From contig CAWCMR010000008.1 of assembly GCA_963796685.1 (NCBI GenBank), positions 480,001-544,000 on the forward strand: a DNA stretch of 64,000 bases, written 5' to 3'. The position numbers and the translations under genes were made by a program. This DNA comes from an uncultured delta proteobacterium (GTDB lineage Bacteria; Myxococcota_A; Polyangia; Fen-1088). Position 1 is the first letter of the stretch. Every line of letters begins with the position of its first letter. Below are positions 50,395 through 60,263 of the stretch, in pieces. Below the pieces are notes generated by a model. It ran no database searches and had not been told where the DNA came from. It saw nothing but the letters and a program-made list of their open reading frames with translations.

Positions 50395-51600
50395 CTACCC
50401 GCGCCGACCACCGCCGCCGCCCGTGGTCGCGGCGCCGGTGGTGAAGGTCCAATCGAAGCTGACGCTGCCCGAGGAGGTGGTACCGGTGATGGTCACGCGA
50501 TAGGTGGTGTTGGCGGTGAGGGGCGCGTCGGTGTAGAGCACCTTGGCCGTCGAACCGAGGGTGCTATCGCCGTCGAGCCACTGGTGCGCCAGCGGCGTGG
50601 CGGTGCCGTCGACGACGATCTGGTGGCTGCTGACGGTGATGCCCTGGCCATAGAGTGTGACGGGATAGCCGCTCGGCCAACCCGTGGACGGCACGGGCGG
50701 CGTCGGGCCCTCCTGGGCGCCGTTGAACGACAGCGGCACGCCGGTCTGGCCGTCGTAAGGATAGACCGCGGTCACGGTCTTGGCCGTCGACGTGCCGGGG
50801 CCGAAGTCGATGGTGTCGCAGCCGGTGCCGCCGCCGTAGCCCATGTCGCGATACCAGGGCGAGAGCACCGGCGTGCGGTGGTAGACGGAATCGATGAAGG
50901 TCTTCACCGCGCCCGCCGGGTTGCCGAGGAAGGCCATGCACTCGCTCCAGCCGTTGCCGCTGTACCCGGCGGCCTTGATGCGGGCGCCCGGGTCGGCACC
51001 CGTGAACTGCGGACAACCCGAGACTTCATTGTGTGCGCTCGAAGCCTGGCAAGTCGAGCTGCCTTGGTTGGTGGTGTAGTAGTTGCAGTGATTCTGGGCC
51101 GACGTGCACAAAGTCAGAACCAGCGCAGCGCAAGGGACGCCCATGGCCACGCGCGCGGCGTTCTCCGCATTGAGCGCGGTAACGGCATCCGCCGGCGCGT
51201 CCGCGGGCGGCGCGGGACATTCGGCCGGCCCGCCGACCTCGGCCACCTCAGCCCCGGCATCGCGAATGCCGCTGGTGCCCCCCGTCCCAAGAGCGCCACT
51301 GCCGCCTGAGCTTGAAATCCCCCCAAATCCTCGAGTCCCACCAGCGGCGGCGTCTCCCGTCGAGGCAGCACCGCCCGTCGAGGGGACGCCGCCCGTCGAC
51401 ACCATCCCGCCCGAGGAGACGGCGCCCCCGGCAGACACGGTCCCCCCGGTCGATATGCCGCCACCGCTGGACTGGGCACCGCCTGACGACAACGCGCCAC
51501 CAGTTCCCGACGAAGTACCGCCCCCACCGCAACTGGCAAGCGCCAGCCCGGTCAGAATTCGCGCCAAGAGTCCCAAACCGTTCGCGCCCGGTTTCCTCAT
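50395..51600 (-). CDS. CAP (SCP) domain lipoprotein with C-terminal Ig-like domain
   Basis: LASC lipobox; N..R...G, AQNH..Y, HNE, DSVYHR..VL.P, WTFTT. Confidence 0.87.
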   Translation of the reverse strand: MRKPGANGLGLLARILTGLALASCGGGGTSSGTGGALSSGGAQSSGGGISTGGTVSAGGAVSSGGMVSTGGVPSTGGAASTGDAAAGGTRGFGGISSSGGSGALGTGGTSGIRDAGAEVAEVGGPAECPAPPADAPADAVTALNAENAARVAMGVPCAALVLTLCTSAQNHCNYYTTNQGSSTCQASSAHNEVSGCPQFTGADPGARIKAAGYSGNGWSECMAFLGNPAGAVKTFIDSVYHRTPVLSPWYRDMGYGGGTGCDTIDFGPGTSTAKTVTAVYPYDGQTGVPLSFNGAQEGPTPPVPSTGWPSGYPVTLYGQGITVSSHQIVVDGTATPLAHQWLDGDSTLGSTAKVLYTDAPLTANTTYRVTITGTTSSGSVSFDWTFTTGAATTGGGGGRRG

Positions 51601-51732
51601 GTGCAGCTCCTCCATGACTTTCACGTTGGGGCCGCGGCGAGCGGAGCATTCAGCACGGCATTTCACGCCCTGGTTTCCGCGCCCGCTTGCGCCAACTGGA
51701 AGGCCCGGCCATTTGCCCTTATCATGCTGGAA

Positions 51733-52197
51733 ATGCCATCGAGCGAGCCCCAAATCGCGCCCGGCTGTCCCAAATGCGGCAAGAAACGGCCGCCCGAGGC
51801 CGAAGCCTGTCCCCGCTGCGGTTTGGTCTTCGCGTTGTGGAAAGAAGATGCCGCGCCCATGGCTCCGCTGGACAGCCGCGGCGGCGAGCTGTGGCAAGAG
51901 TTGCAGGCGCATTGGAGCGATTCGGTCCGCCATGAGGACTTTCTCAAGCATTGCCTGCAAACCGACACCCTGGCCGCGGCCGGCCGCCTCTACCGCGAGC
52001 GCCTCGACGAGAACCCACGCGACGCCGTGGCCGCGCAGATGCAAGCGCAGATCCTCACCAAGGCCACGCTCTCCCTCAGCATCAACAAGAGTCAGCCCCC
52101 CGAGATCATGACCCGCAGCCGCTGGTTCTGGGCGGTCGTTCTCGTCGCCATGGCCCTCGGAATCGCCGGAGGCCTGTTCTGGCGCCGGCTGCGCTAG
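51733..52197 (+). CDS. zinc-ribbon membrane protein
   Basis: CPKC...CPRCG, helical middle, C-terminal TM helix. Alternative ATG at 51724. Confidence 0.75.
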   Translation: MPSSEPQIAPGCPKCGKKRPPEAEACPRCGLVFALWKEDAAPMAPLDSRGGELWQELQAHWSDSVRHEDFLKHCLQTDTLAAAGRLYRERLDENPRDAVAAQMQAQILTKATLSLSINKSQPPEIMTRSRWFWAVVLVAMALGIAGGLFWRRLR

Positions 52198-52329
52198 TCC
52201 GCTCCGGAAAACACCTGATCACCGTCGACCGCCTCAGCAGATTCGAAGCCTTCTGTCGTCCTATTTTCCACCAGGCCCATCCCCAGCGTAGCCCTTGGGC
52301 TGCGTCACGGCTACACTCTTGCCCCTTCC

Positions 52330-52860
52330 ATGAAGGTCCCCGGTTTCGACATGTCCCTCGACGAGGTCAAGGCCAGCCTCGAGCCGCTGCGTCGGCCCCT
52401 CAGCATCGCCATCCTGCGCGCACGCAATCCCTTCAATGTCGGCGCCATCATTCGCGTGGCCCATTCCTTCCTGGTCAAACGCATCCTCCTCGTGGGCGAC
52501 GAGCCCTTCTACCAGCGTGCGGCCATGGGCATGCAGCGGTACGAGAACGTGATCTACCTGCCCGACGAGGAATCGCTGATCCCGTGGTCGCGCGAGCACG
52601 AAATCCCCATGCTGGTCTTCGAGCGCGAGCACGCCCGCGTGGACCTGTGGCGGGCGGAGCTGCCCGAGGAGTGCCTGATGGTCTTTGGCAGCGAGACCAC
52701 CGGCGTGCCCGACTCGCTGGTCGCAGCCGCCCACCAAGTCGTGGCGATTCCCATGTACGGCATCAACAATTCCTTTCCCGTCACGGTGGCGGCCGGGATC
52801 GCCATGGCAGAATGGACGCGCAGGCACTTCGTCGTCCACAGCATCGGAGGTCGTCCGTGA
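52330..52860 (+). CDS. SpoU/TrmH-family RNA methyltransferase
   Basis: NPFNVGAIIR, VFGSETTG, IPMYG..NSFPV.VAAGI. Confidence 0.9.
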   Translation: MKVPGFDMSLDEVKASLEPLRRPLSIAILRARNPFNVGAIIRVAHSFLVKRILLVGDEPFYQRAAMGMQRYENVIYLPDEESLIPWSREHEIPMLVFEREHARVDLWRAELPEECLMVFGSETTGVPDSLVAAAHQVVAIPMYGINNSFPVTVAAGIAMAEWTRRHFVVHSIGGRP

Positions 52861-53630
52861 TTCCCTATTTCGCGCAGCCCCAGCTTCACCTCGGTCCCAT
52901 CACCATCCATGCCTTCGGGGTGCTGGTGGCAACCGGGATCCTCCTCGCCTTCCGCATCATTCGCCAGCGCGCGGCCAAGCAGGGACTGGATCCGGTGCTG
53001 GCCGAACGCCTGGCCATGCGCATGGTCATCATCGGTTTCATCTCCGCGCACATCGTGGATCGCATCGCCTACTTTCCCCGCGATGTGCTCGCCAACCCGC
53101 TCAGCCTGCTCTGGATATGGCAGAGCATCAGCTCGTTCGGCGGCATCCTGGGCGGAACCCTGGTCGCGGTGTGGTTCGTCCGCCGCCAGAAGACCGGGGC
53201 GCTCGGTTGGCGCTACCTCGATCTTGTCGCCTATGCCTTTCCCTCGGCCTGGCTGTTCGGCCGCATGGGCTGCGCGGTGGCGTTCGATCATCCGGGTTAC
53301 CGAACGACCTTCTTCCTCGCCGAACGCTACACGGACAACGTCGTCCGCCACAACCTGGGGCTCGACGAGGCCCTGTGCATCATCCCCCTGGTCGTGCTCT
53401 TCCACTGGCTGGACAAGGGCAAGCCACGCAAGCCCGGCTTCTACGTCGGTCTGCTCGCCCTCGCCTACGCACCCGTACGCTTTCTCCTCGATTTCCTCCG
53501 CTGGGACGACGCACGCTATTTCGGATTCACGCCCGGGCAATACGGCTCGGTGTTGCTGGCGGGGATTGGCTGGCTCGTCTTGCACTGGGCCTCGCAACGC
53601 AAGGACACCTCCACCACGGAGAAAGGTTGA
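52857..53630 (+). CDS. prolipoprotein diacylglyceryl transferase (Lgt) family protein
   Basis: GPITIH.FG, SSFGG..GG, GR.GC...DHPG, RH..GL.E, RF.LDF.R, TPGQ; GTGA overlap with the methylase gene. Confidence 0.85.
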   Translation: MIPYFAQPQLHLGPITIHAFGVLVATGILLAFRIIRQRAAKQGLDPVLAERLAMRMVIIGFISAHIVDRIAYFPRDVLANPLSLLWIWQSISSFGGILGGTLVAVWFVRRQKTGALGWRYLDLVAYAFPSAWLFGRMGCAVAFDHPGYRTTFFLAERYTDNVVRHNLGLDEALCIIPLVVLFHWLDKGKPRKPGFYVGLLALAYAPVRFLLDFLRWDDARYFGFTPGQYGSVLLAGIGWLVLHWASQRKDTSTTEKG

Positions 53631-53673
53631 TCCCGGGCGACGAGAAGGTGGGCACTATCCTTCGACGAGCGGG

Positions 53674-55099
53674 TCAGCCCTTCACGCAGGCGAGCGGAAG
53701 CAGGCGCGCGACCTTGCCGGCCAGGCCCGCGCTCGCCGCGGCGTCGACCACCTGGTCGATGTCCTTGTAGGCGCCGGGCGCCTCCTCGGCCAGGCCGCGC
53801 ATGGACGGGCTGCGCAGGAAGATGCCCTGGCCGGCCAGCTCGCGCACGATGGCGTTGCCTTTCCAGCGCCGGGTCGCCTCGTGGCGGCTCAGGGTGCGGC
53901 CGGCACCGTGCACGGCCGATGCGAAGGCGGTACCGGCGTCGCCGCCGGCTAGCACGTACGAAGCGGTACCCATGCTGCCGCCGACCAGCACCGGTTGGCC
54001 GAGCGAGCGATACGGCTCTGGCAGGTCGGGGTGGCCGGGGCCGAAGGCGCGCGTGGCGCCCTTGCGATGGACGAACAAACGGCGCGGCGAACCGTCTACC
54101 GGATGGACCTCCTCTTTGCAGGTGTTGTGCGAGACATCGTAGAGCAGCGTCAGGCGCGCCGAGGGAAACAGGTCGGCAAAGGCGGCACGGGCGAACTGCG
54201 TGAGCACCTCGCGGTTGGCCATCGCGCAGTTGATGGCGGCGCGCATGGCACCGAGGTAAGCGCGACCGAGCTTGGACGCGAGCGGGGCACAGGCCAGCTC
54301 GCGCTCGGGCAGCTCGAGCCCGTGTGGCTTCGCCTCGGCGAGCATGGTCTTGAGGTAGTCGGTGCCGATCTGGTGCCCGAGACCGCGCGAGCCGCAGTGG
54401 ATGCTCAGCACGACGTCGCCGGCTCGCAAGCCGTAGGCCGCGGCGGCTTCCTCGTGGTGGATGGACTCGACCGCTTGTACCTCGAGGTAGTGATTGCCGG
54501 ACCCGAGGGTGCCGAGCTGGTGGTGCTGGCGCTGCTTGGCCTCGGGCGAGACCGCGTCCGGATCGGCGCCCGCCACGCAGCCGCGTTCTTCCATGAAGGC
54601 GAGGTCGGCGGTCTCGCCGTAACCGTGCGCGACCGCCCAGCCCGCCCCGCGCAGCATCAGAATCCTCGAGGTCGCCCGGGCCGAGGCGGATGCGGCTGGT
54701 GCTGCCCACGCCGCACGGGATCACGCGAAAGAGCCCATCGGCCAGCTCTGCGAGTCGCGGGCGCACCTCGTCGATCGACAGCCCGGTGCGCAGGGTGCGC
54801 ACGCCGCACGAGATGTCGAATCCCACGCCGCCGGCCGAGACCACGCCGTCCGCCTCGGGATCGAAGGCGCCCACGCCGCCGATGGGAAAGCCGTAGCCCC
54901 AGTGCGCGTCCGGCATGGCGAAGGATGCGCCGACGATGCCGGGCAAGGCCGCGACGTTGGCGACCTGCTCGGCCACCTTGTCGTCCATGCCTTCGAGCAG
55001 CTCTGCCGTGGCGTAGAGGATGCCCGGCACGCGCATGCGGCCGGCGCGCGGCAGCCACCATTCGGTCGCGGACTTGCGGACGAGCTGGCGCAGCTTCAT
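53674..55099 (-). pseudogene. rtcB: RNA ligase RtcB, 1-bp frameshift at ~54661
   Basis: [52 protein letters not shown]. Removing one base gives continuous [11 protein letters not shown]. Confidence 0.9.
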
Positions 55100-55117
55100 G
55101 CAGGAAATTCTACTGCG

Positions 55118-55510
55118 CTAAGGCTCGGCGACCACGCGCAGCCGGACCGGAACGATCCCGGCCCGCAGCATGTCGAGGCGGCGCGCGGCGGCCTCGGACA
55201 CATCGATGATCTTCTTCTGGCCGGCGCAGCGGTCGTTGATGCGAACGACGACGCTGGGAGCGTAGCGGTCGGTGCGCGTGACCTGGACGTGGGTGCCGAA
55301 GGGCAGCACAGGGTGGGCGGCGGTGAAGGCGGCGGGGTCGTAGCGTTCGCCGCTGGCCGTGCGGTGACCGCTCAAGCGCGGCGAGTAGTAGGTGGCCATG
55401 CCCTCCTGCTCGGCACCGAGACGGCCCTCGCGCAATTCGGCCCGCTGCCCGGCGCAACCGGCGGCCGCGAGCACCAGCGCGACCACAACGAGAGGCAAAC
55501 ACCTACACAT
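55118..55510 (-). CDS. rlpA: RlpA-family lipoprotein (DPBB lytic transglycosylase)
   Basis: AAGC lipobox; G.ATYY, TASGE.YD, TAAH..LPFG, VRINDR, IIDVS..AA. Confidence 0.9.
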   Translation of the reverse strand: MCRCLPLVVVALVLAAAGCAGQRAELREGRLGAEQEGMATYYSPRLSGHRTASGERYDPAAFTAAHPVLPFGTHVQVTRTDRYAPSVVVRINDRCAGQKKIIDVSEAAARRLDMLRAGIVPVRLRVVAEP

Positions 55511-55925
55511 CGACCACACATTGGGCCAGCCAGCTGCCGTCTGCAAGCTGGGCCACACGCAAGGCGGCTGCGGTGGCCGCCTTGACCTCGACGCCAGGCT
55601 GATGGCGAGCGACGTCGAGGGCTTCGCCCACCATTTCGCCCTCGAGCCGCTCGCCGTCGATGCGCACCGTGAATTGCGCGAAGATCATCCGCCTCGTGGC
55701 CATCTGGTAAACAAGGGCGTTCAGCCAGTCGAGCAGCAAGAGCTCGTCATCGGGCGCCGTGCACGCGACCTGCACCGTCTCGCGCGCGACGATGGTTTCC
55801 GGCGGCACGAGCACCGCGGTCAGCGCCAGCGCGGCCTGCTCGAAGGCCTCGTCGCGCGTGCGTCCGAAGCCGCGGATACCCATGTCGGCCTGATGCTCGA
55901 AGTGCTCGAAGGACGGTGCGGGCAT
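55503..55925 (-). CDS. archease
   Basis: FEH.ADMG, LLLDWLN.L, EVKAAT, C-terminal VDV. Confidence 0.93.
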   Translation of the reverse strand: MPAPSFEHFEHQADMGIRGFGRTRDEAFEQAALALTAVLVPPETIVARETVQVACTAPDDELLLLDWLNALVYQMATRRMIFAQFTVRIDGERLEGEMVGEALDVARHQPGVEVKAATAAALRVAQLADGSWLAQCVVDV

Positions 55926-55933
55926 CACCAGGC

Positions 55934-56130
55934 TCAGAGAATACACGGCGGGGGAGCACCGTACCAGCCGCAGCCGCACAACATGCTGACGCTGGCGGCG
56001 GCACCTTCCGCTACGAATCGGTCGCAGCAGGCTCCGAGCAGCTGCACGGTCGCGCTATCCCCGTCGTATTGCCAGCAGGGAGCCGGGCTACCGGCGTCGG
56101 GCTCGGTTTGCGCGCTCTCGCGCACGCGGC
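55934..56130 (-). pseudogene. C-terminal remnant of a Cys-containing secreted (vWA-type) protein
   Basis: WQYDGDSATVQLLGACCD...VSMLCGC...PPPCIL* resembles tails of myxobacterial vWA proteins; no signal peptide or body. Confidence 0.4.
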
Positions 56131-56160
56131 CCGCGGGCCGCCAGCCGGCCCTTCGGGCGG

Positions 56161-57552
56161 CTAGGGAAATTGCACCAACGCCAGAGTCTCCACGTGCGGC
56201 GTATGGGGCATCATATCGAAGGGGGTCACTTTTACGACCTGCGCGCCCGCGCGGGCCAGCTCGGCCAGATCGCGAGCAAGGGTCCGCGGATCGCAGCTCA
56301 GGTAGGCGAGCATGCGAGGGCGCAAGCGCGCCACGGCGGCGAGCACTTCTCGGCCGCACCCCTTGCGCGGGGGATTGAGGACCACGAAGTCGGCCTCTCC
56401 GATGTCGGCGAGACAGCGGGCAGCGTCGCCGGTCACCACGCGCACGCGGGCCGCATCCTCGCCTTGCTCGGCGAGGAAATCGCCGGTGGCCCGGGTGGCG
56501 GATGCGTTTTCCTCGATCGCCACCACGTCCTTCGCCTTCGCTGCCAGCGACAGCGCAATGCCGCAGGCACCGGCGTACACGTCCACGGCACGCACCATTC
56601 CGTCGGGTGCGGCGGCCACGATGTGGCGGTAGATGTGCGACGCCACCAGACGGTTGGTCTGAAAAAAGGAGCGCGAGGACAGGCGTACACGCACCTCCGC
56701 GATGGCGTCCTCGACGCTCGGCTGGCCGACGAGCACGCGCTCGTGCTCGCCGAGCAAGGCGTTGCCCGTGCTTGGATTCACGTTGAGCACCACGGAGGTC
56801 ACAGCCGGACAACGCTGGCAAAGCGCAGCCGCCACGGACGCGGCGGCCGCCCACTCGGGTCGCGCCGTCACCAGCGTCGCCATCACCTGTCCCGCGGCGG
56901 TCGCGCGCAGCACGGCGTAGCGAAGCACACCCGTGCGCAGGACCTCGTCGAACGGCTCGACGTCGTGGTCGCTCAAGAGGGCGAGCAAAGCCTGCCTGAC
57001 TTCATCGAGGACCGGCTCGACCACCTGGCAGCCACCAAGGTCGACCACATCGTGGGATCGGGGAGCGAAGGCGCCCAGTACGGGTCGGCCCGAATCGTGG
57101 GCAGGACCGTAGACGTACTTGGCCTGGTTGCGATAGCCGAGAATCCGCGGCGAGGGAGCGCACGCCTCGACGGACAGCGCGGCCAGACCAGGGTGGCGCG
57201 CGAGCTCGCCCCGCACGCGCGCTCGTTTCCAGTCGAGCTGGGCCGGGTAGGCCAGGTGCATGAGGGTGCAGCCACCGCACGCCCCATGCGCCGGACATGC
57301 CACTTCCACACGATGCAGGGAAGCTGCCAGCACGGCACGAAGGCTCGCCCATGCCTCGCGCCCGGATCCGTCGCGGTGAACGGACACGTGGTCGAGGCGG
57401 ACCCGCACGCGCTCGCCGGGCAAACCACCCACGATGTGCGCGCGCAAGGTTTCGCTCCCGGACGCGACCTGCGCCACGCCCGCGCCGGCCTCGTCGAGGG
57501 CGGTGCACGTCACCTCGAATTCATCGCCCGGCCGAAGCTCTTGGTCTGACAC
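56161..57552 (-). CDS. rlmD: 23S rRNA (uracil-C5)-methyltransferase RlmD
   Basis: TRAM domain, C-x5-CGGC Fe-S motif, SFFQ.N, D.YAG, PPRKG, YLSCDP.TLARD, DM.PHT.HVE. Confidence 0.93.
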   Translation of the reverse strand: MSDQELRPGDEFEVTCTALDEAGAGVAQVASGSETLRAHIVGGLPGERVRVRLDHVSVHRDGSGREAWASLRAVLAASLHRVEVACPAHGACGGCTLMHLAYPAQLDWKRARVRGELARHPGLAALSVEACAPSPRILGYRNQAKYVYGPAHDSGRPVLGAFAPRSHDVVDLGGCQVVEPVLDEVRQALLALLSDHDVEPFDEVLRTGVLRYAVLRATAAGQVMATLVTARPEWAAAASVAAALCQRCPAVTSVVLNVNPSTGNALLGEHERVLVGQPSVEDAIAEVRVRLSSRSFFQTNRLVASHIYRHIVAAAPDGMVRAVDVYAGACGIALSLAAKAKDVVAIEENASATRATGDFLAEQGEDAARVRVVTGDAARCLADIGEADFVVLNPPRKGCGREVLAAVARLRPRMLAYLSCDPRTLARDLAELARAGAQVVKVTPFDMMPHTPHVETLALVQFP

Positions 57553-57566
57553 GTGTGTGGGACGGG

Positions 57567-58079
57567 CTAGGCTCGTCCCGAGCCGCCCTTGGCGACCGGG
57601 CTGTCCGGAACGGCGAGATTGGTCACCGCGATGGGACGCTCCAGGGTGGAGGCGATTTTGGCACAGGCCAAGGTGCGCGCACCGCCGGGAAACTGCACAT
57701 CGACCTTGCCCGGCCCAGGTGTCGCTGCCACCACGCCCACGCCGAAGGTCGCGTGAATCACGCGTTCACCGGGCAGGTACGAGTCCTTGGGCGAGTAACC
57801 TCGCGGCGGCTTCGCCGGATCGAAGTCCGCCAGGCGCGGCGCGGGGGTGCCGGTTGCACGTCCCGCCTTGCGACGGCGCGGGCGTCCCCAGGAGCTTCCT
57901 CCGCCGCCACCGCTTGGCGCCGGCGCGTTCTTTTCGCCGCGATAGTTGTGCTGGCTGCCGCACAGCTTGCACACGACCTTGGCGACGCGGTCGCCAATTT
58001 TGGCCATCACCACGTGCCAGGTATCCCCGCAGCGCGTGCAGATGTCCTCGATATCCTCGCCTACCCCTGGAGTCGCCAT
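57567..58079 (-). CDS. hypothetical protein: Zn-ribbon plus Tudor/SH3-like C-terminal domain
   Basis: CTRC...H...CKLC..QH; Y.PGERV.H.TFG.GVV resembles the PcrA/UvrD C-terminal domain. Confidence 0.8.
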   Translation of the reverse strand: MATPGVGEDIEDICTRCGDTWHVVMAKIGDRVAKVVCKLCGSQHNYRGEKNAPAPSGGGGGSSWGRPRRRKAGRATGTPAPRLADFDPAKPPRGYSPKDSYLPGERVIHATFGVGVVAATPGPGKVDVQFPGGARTLACAKIASTLERPIAVTNLAVPDSPVAKGGSGRA

Positions 58080-58149
58080 GTTGAGTTGCTTCGCGGCCTC
58101 CTGTTACGTCCTGAGGCCGATTCTATCAGGCATCGAGCTTCGCCGCTGG

Positions 58150-58533
58150 CTACTTTTTCAGCGACGCCGAGTAGAGGATGAGCGCGTCGACCTGATCGGC
58201 TCTCAGCCGGTCCTTGAAGGGCTTCATTTCCTGTTCCTTGCCCTGGACGGTCCGCTTGATTCCTTCCAAGACGGACTTGCGCGCGCCTTCGAGCGTCAAG
58301 TCCTTCCAGTAGGCCGCCTTGGTCATGTCCGCAATGCCCATTTCACCACCCAGCTCGGTCTTGGCGCGGCCGTCGTCGCCGTGGCAGGTCGCGCACTTGG
58401 CCTCGAAGAGGCGCTTGGTCTTCTTGTCGGGCTTGTAACCCGCGGGCGGCGCCAGGCCTTCGGCAAGCAGGATCTGTGAAAGAAGCAGCGTGAAGAGCAA
58501 ACTCGCCAGCGCGAGGCAGAGGGAGCGATTCAT
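58150..58533 (-). CDS. monoheme cytochrome c
   Basis: Signal peptide, CATCHG, distal Met in EMKPF. Confidence 0.9.
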   Translation of the reverse strand: MNRSLCLALASLLFTLLLSQILLAEGLAPPAGYKPDKKTKRLFEAKCATCHGDDGRAKTELGGEMGIADMTKAAYWKDLTLEGARKSVLEGIKRTVQGKEQEMKPFKDRLRADQVDALILYSASLKK

Positions 58534-58643
58534 GGGGTACTTCCGTCCTCGACGATAGGCTTCATGCCCGCCGGCCGCTTGTCAAGGAAGAGAGAGCACG
58601 GAGACGGAGGAGAGAGCGCAGAGGCGGACGGGGGGCGGGCTTG

Positions 58644-60263
58644 TTACTGCGGCTGGGCGCCGCAGGTCGGGCTGGGGGTTGCGCACGAAACGACACCGCA
58701 AAGCGTGTCGATATCCAGCGGCGTGTTGCCTGAGGCCAGCACTCCCTGGCCTTGGATAGGTCCCGCGCAACCGAGGTCGATTGGCCGGTTGTTCTGGATG
58801 GTCACCCGATCGAGATTGATGGTCTGGCCTTGGGCTGGCAAGCTATCGACGCGGATGCCACCCACGTCCGCGCCCCCTGCGGTCTGACCCGGCCCGTTGC
58901 CGGTGATCGAGGTGTTGCGAATGTCGAAGGCGGCGCCCGCAAGGAGGATGCCACCGCCCGGGTTGTCCTTGATGGTGCATCCGTCCACGTGGAGAGCGAC
59001 CACGGCGCCGATGGCGGCCTCGGCGTTGATACCGATGCCGGTAACGCCCGACGGATTCCCCGCCACCGTCAAGGCGCGCAGGTAGACCTCGCCTCTGGTG
59101 ATGCTGATGCCATCGGTGTAGTCGACCGGGACGATGACTCCTTCTTTGCCGACGACGGTGAGGGGCGCCGACAGGGCGCCCATGTCGAAGGGTGCCTGGA
59201 CCTGTCCCATCACCACCACCACCGGTTTCGCCGCGGACTTGGCCACGCCAATGGCTGTCCGGGCCGTGCAGTAGGGCGTCTGGGCCGAGCCCGCGTAGGC
59301 TCCCGAATCCGAGCAGGTGCCCGCGGCGCTCTTGCCCACGTAGACGGTTTCGGCATCGGTCGCACAGTGGCCGTCCAGCTGGAACATACACACGCCCGGC
59401 CCACCAACCTTGGCCGCGCACTGCACGTCGCTGGTGCATGCCGTGCAGGCGTTCGCCGTGGTATCGCAAATGGGCTGCGCAGCGGACTTGCAGTCGTCGT
59501 TCGTCGCGCACTCGGCGCACGTGCCGCCGGACAGGCACACGGGCTTGGCCGGGGTTCGCGTGGCGCAAGCCGAGGCGCCGACCCCGGCGCAGCCCACGCA
59601 CAGACCGCCCTGACAGAAAGACCTGGTCGCATCGCGAGCACAGTCGCCATCGCCCAGGCATTCCACGCAGCGGCCGGAAACCTCCTCGCAGACAGGCGTG
59701 GGCGCGGGGCAGCCGGCGTCCACCGCGGCACACGATACGCACGCGTGACTGGACGAACAGATGGGGACGCCACCGCCGCACTGATCGCCCGTCTTGCAGG
59801 AAACGCATTGCCCTTGCACGCAGTAGGGGGCGCCCTGGTCGGTGCAGTCGCCGTCGGTGGCGCAGGTTCCGGGAACGTCGGGGACGTAGGCGTCGACCGC
59901 GCTGGCGTCGAGGGCGCCGCCCTGACCAGCCTCGCTGGCCGAGTCCAATTCCACGGCGGCATCGGCCGAGACCGAGACGTCCTCGCCGGCATCGACGGAA
60001 GAAACATCGGTGAACGCCGGTGCGCCATCGATTCCCCGTCCCTGGGGGACATCGGGCGGGCTCGCGTCCCAACCGCCGCCATCGGCGATGGGCACGCAGC
60101 GGTTGCTGATGCACGTGAAACCGTCGTGGCAGGGTTCCGTGAAACAGGTTGCCCAATCGCGGCGGGTGGCATCGCAGCCCATCCCCAGGGCGCCTGGCAG
60201 GGCCAAGGCAAAGACAAGCACCAGCCTTGGAAGCGGCAGGGGCGCTGCCATCTGCCCCTTCAT
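58644..60263 (-). CDS. Cys-rich repeat lipoprotein with C-terminal beta-helix
   Basis: GMGC lipobox; repeated CV.C..D.DC....P.C modules; DNPGGGI...NT.I.GNG. Confidence 0.82.
   Translation of the reverse strand: MKGQMAAPLPLPRLVLVFALALPGALGMGCDATRRDWATCFTEPCHDGFTCISNRCVPIADGGGWDASPPDVPQGRGIDGAPAFTDVSSVDAGEDVSVSADAAVELDSASEAGQGGALDASAVDAYVPDVPGTCATDGDCTDQGAPYCVQGQCVSCKTGDQCGGGVPICSSSHACVSCAAVDAGCPAPTPVCEEVSGRCVECLGDGDCARDATRSFCQGGLCVGCAGVGASACATRTPAKPVCLSGGTCAECATNDDCKSAAQPICDTTANACTACTSDVQCAAKVGGPGVCMFQLDGHCATDAETVYVGKSAAGTCSDSGAYAGSAQTPYCTARTAIGVAKSAAKPVVVVMGQVQAPFDMGALSAPLTVVGKEGVIVPVDYTDGISITRGEVYLRALTVAGNPSGVTGIGINAEAAIGAVVALHVDGCTIKDNPGGGILLAGAAFDIRNTSITGNGPGQTAGGADVGGIRVDSLPAQGQTINLDRVTIQNNRPIDLGCAGPIQGQGVLASGNTPLDIDTLCGVVSCATPSPTCGAQPQ

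Noticed and set aside
53631-53673. Y-RNA or tRNA-like substrate beside rtcB
   Set aside because: The gap is only about 43 bp with no cloverleaf or T-loop motif.
54655-54670. Programmed frameshift in rtcB
   Set aside because: No slippery heptamer or obvious stimulator; similar isolated indels elsewhere point to error or mutation.
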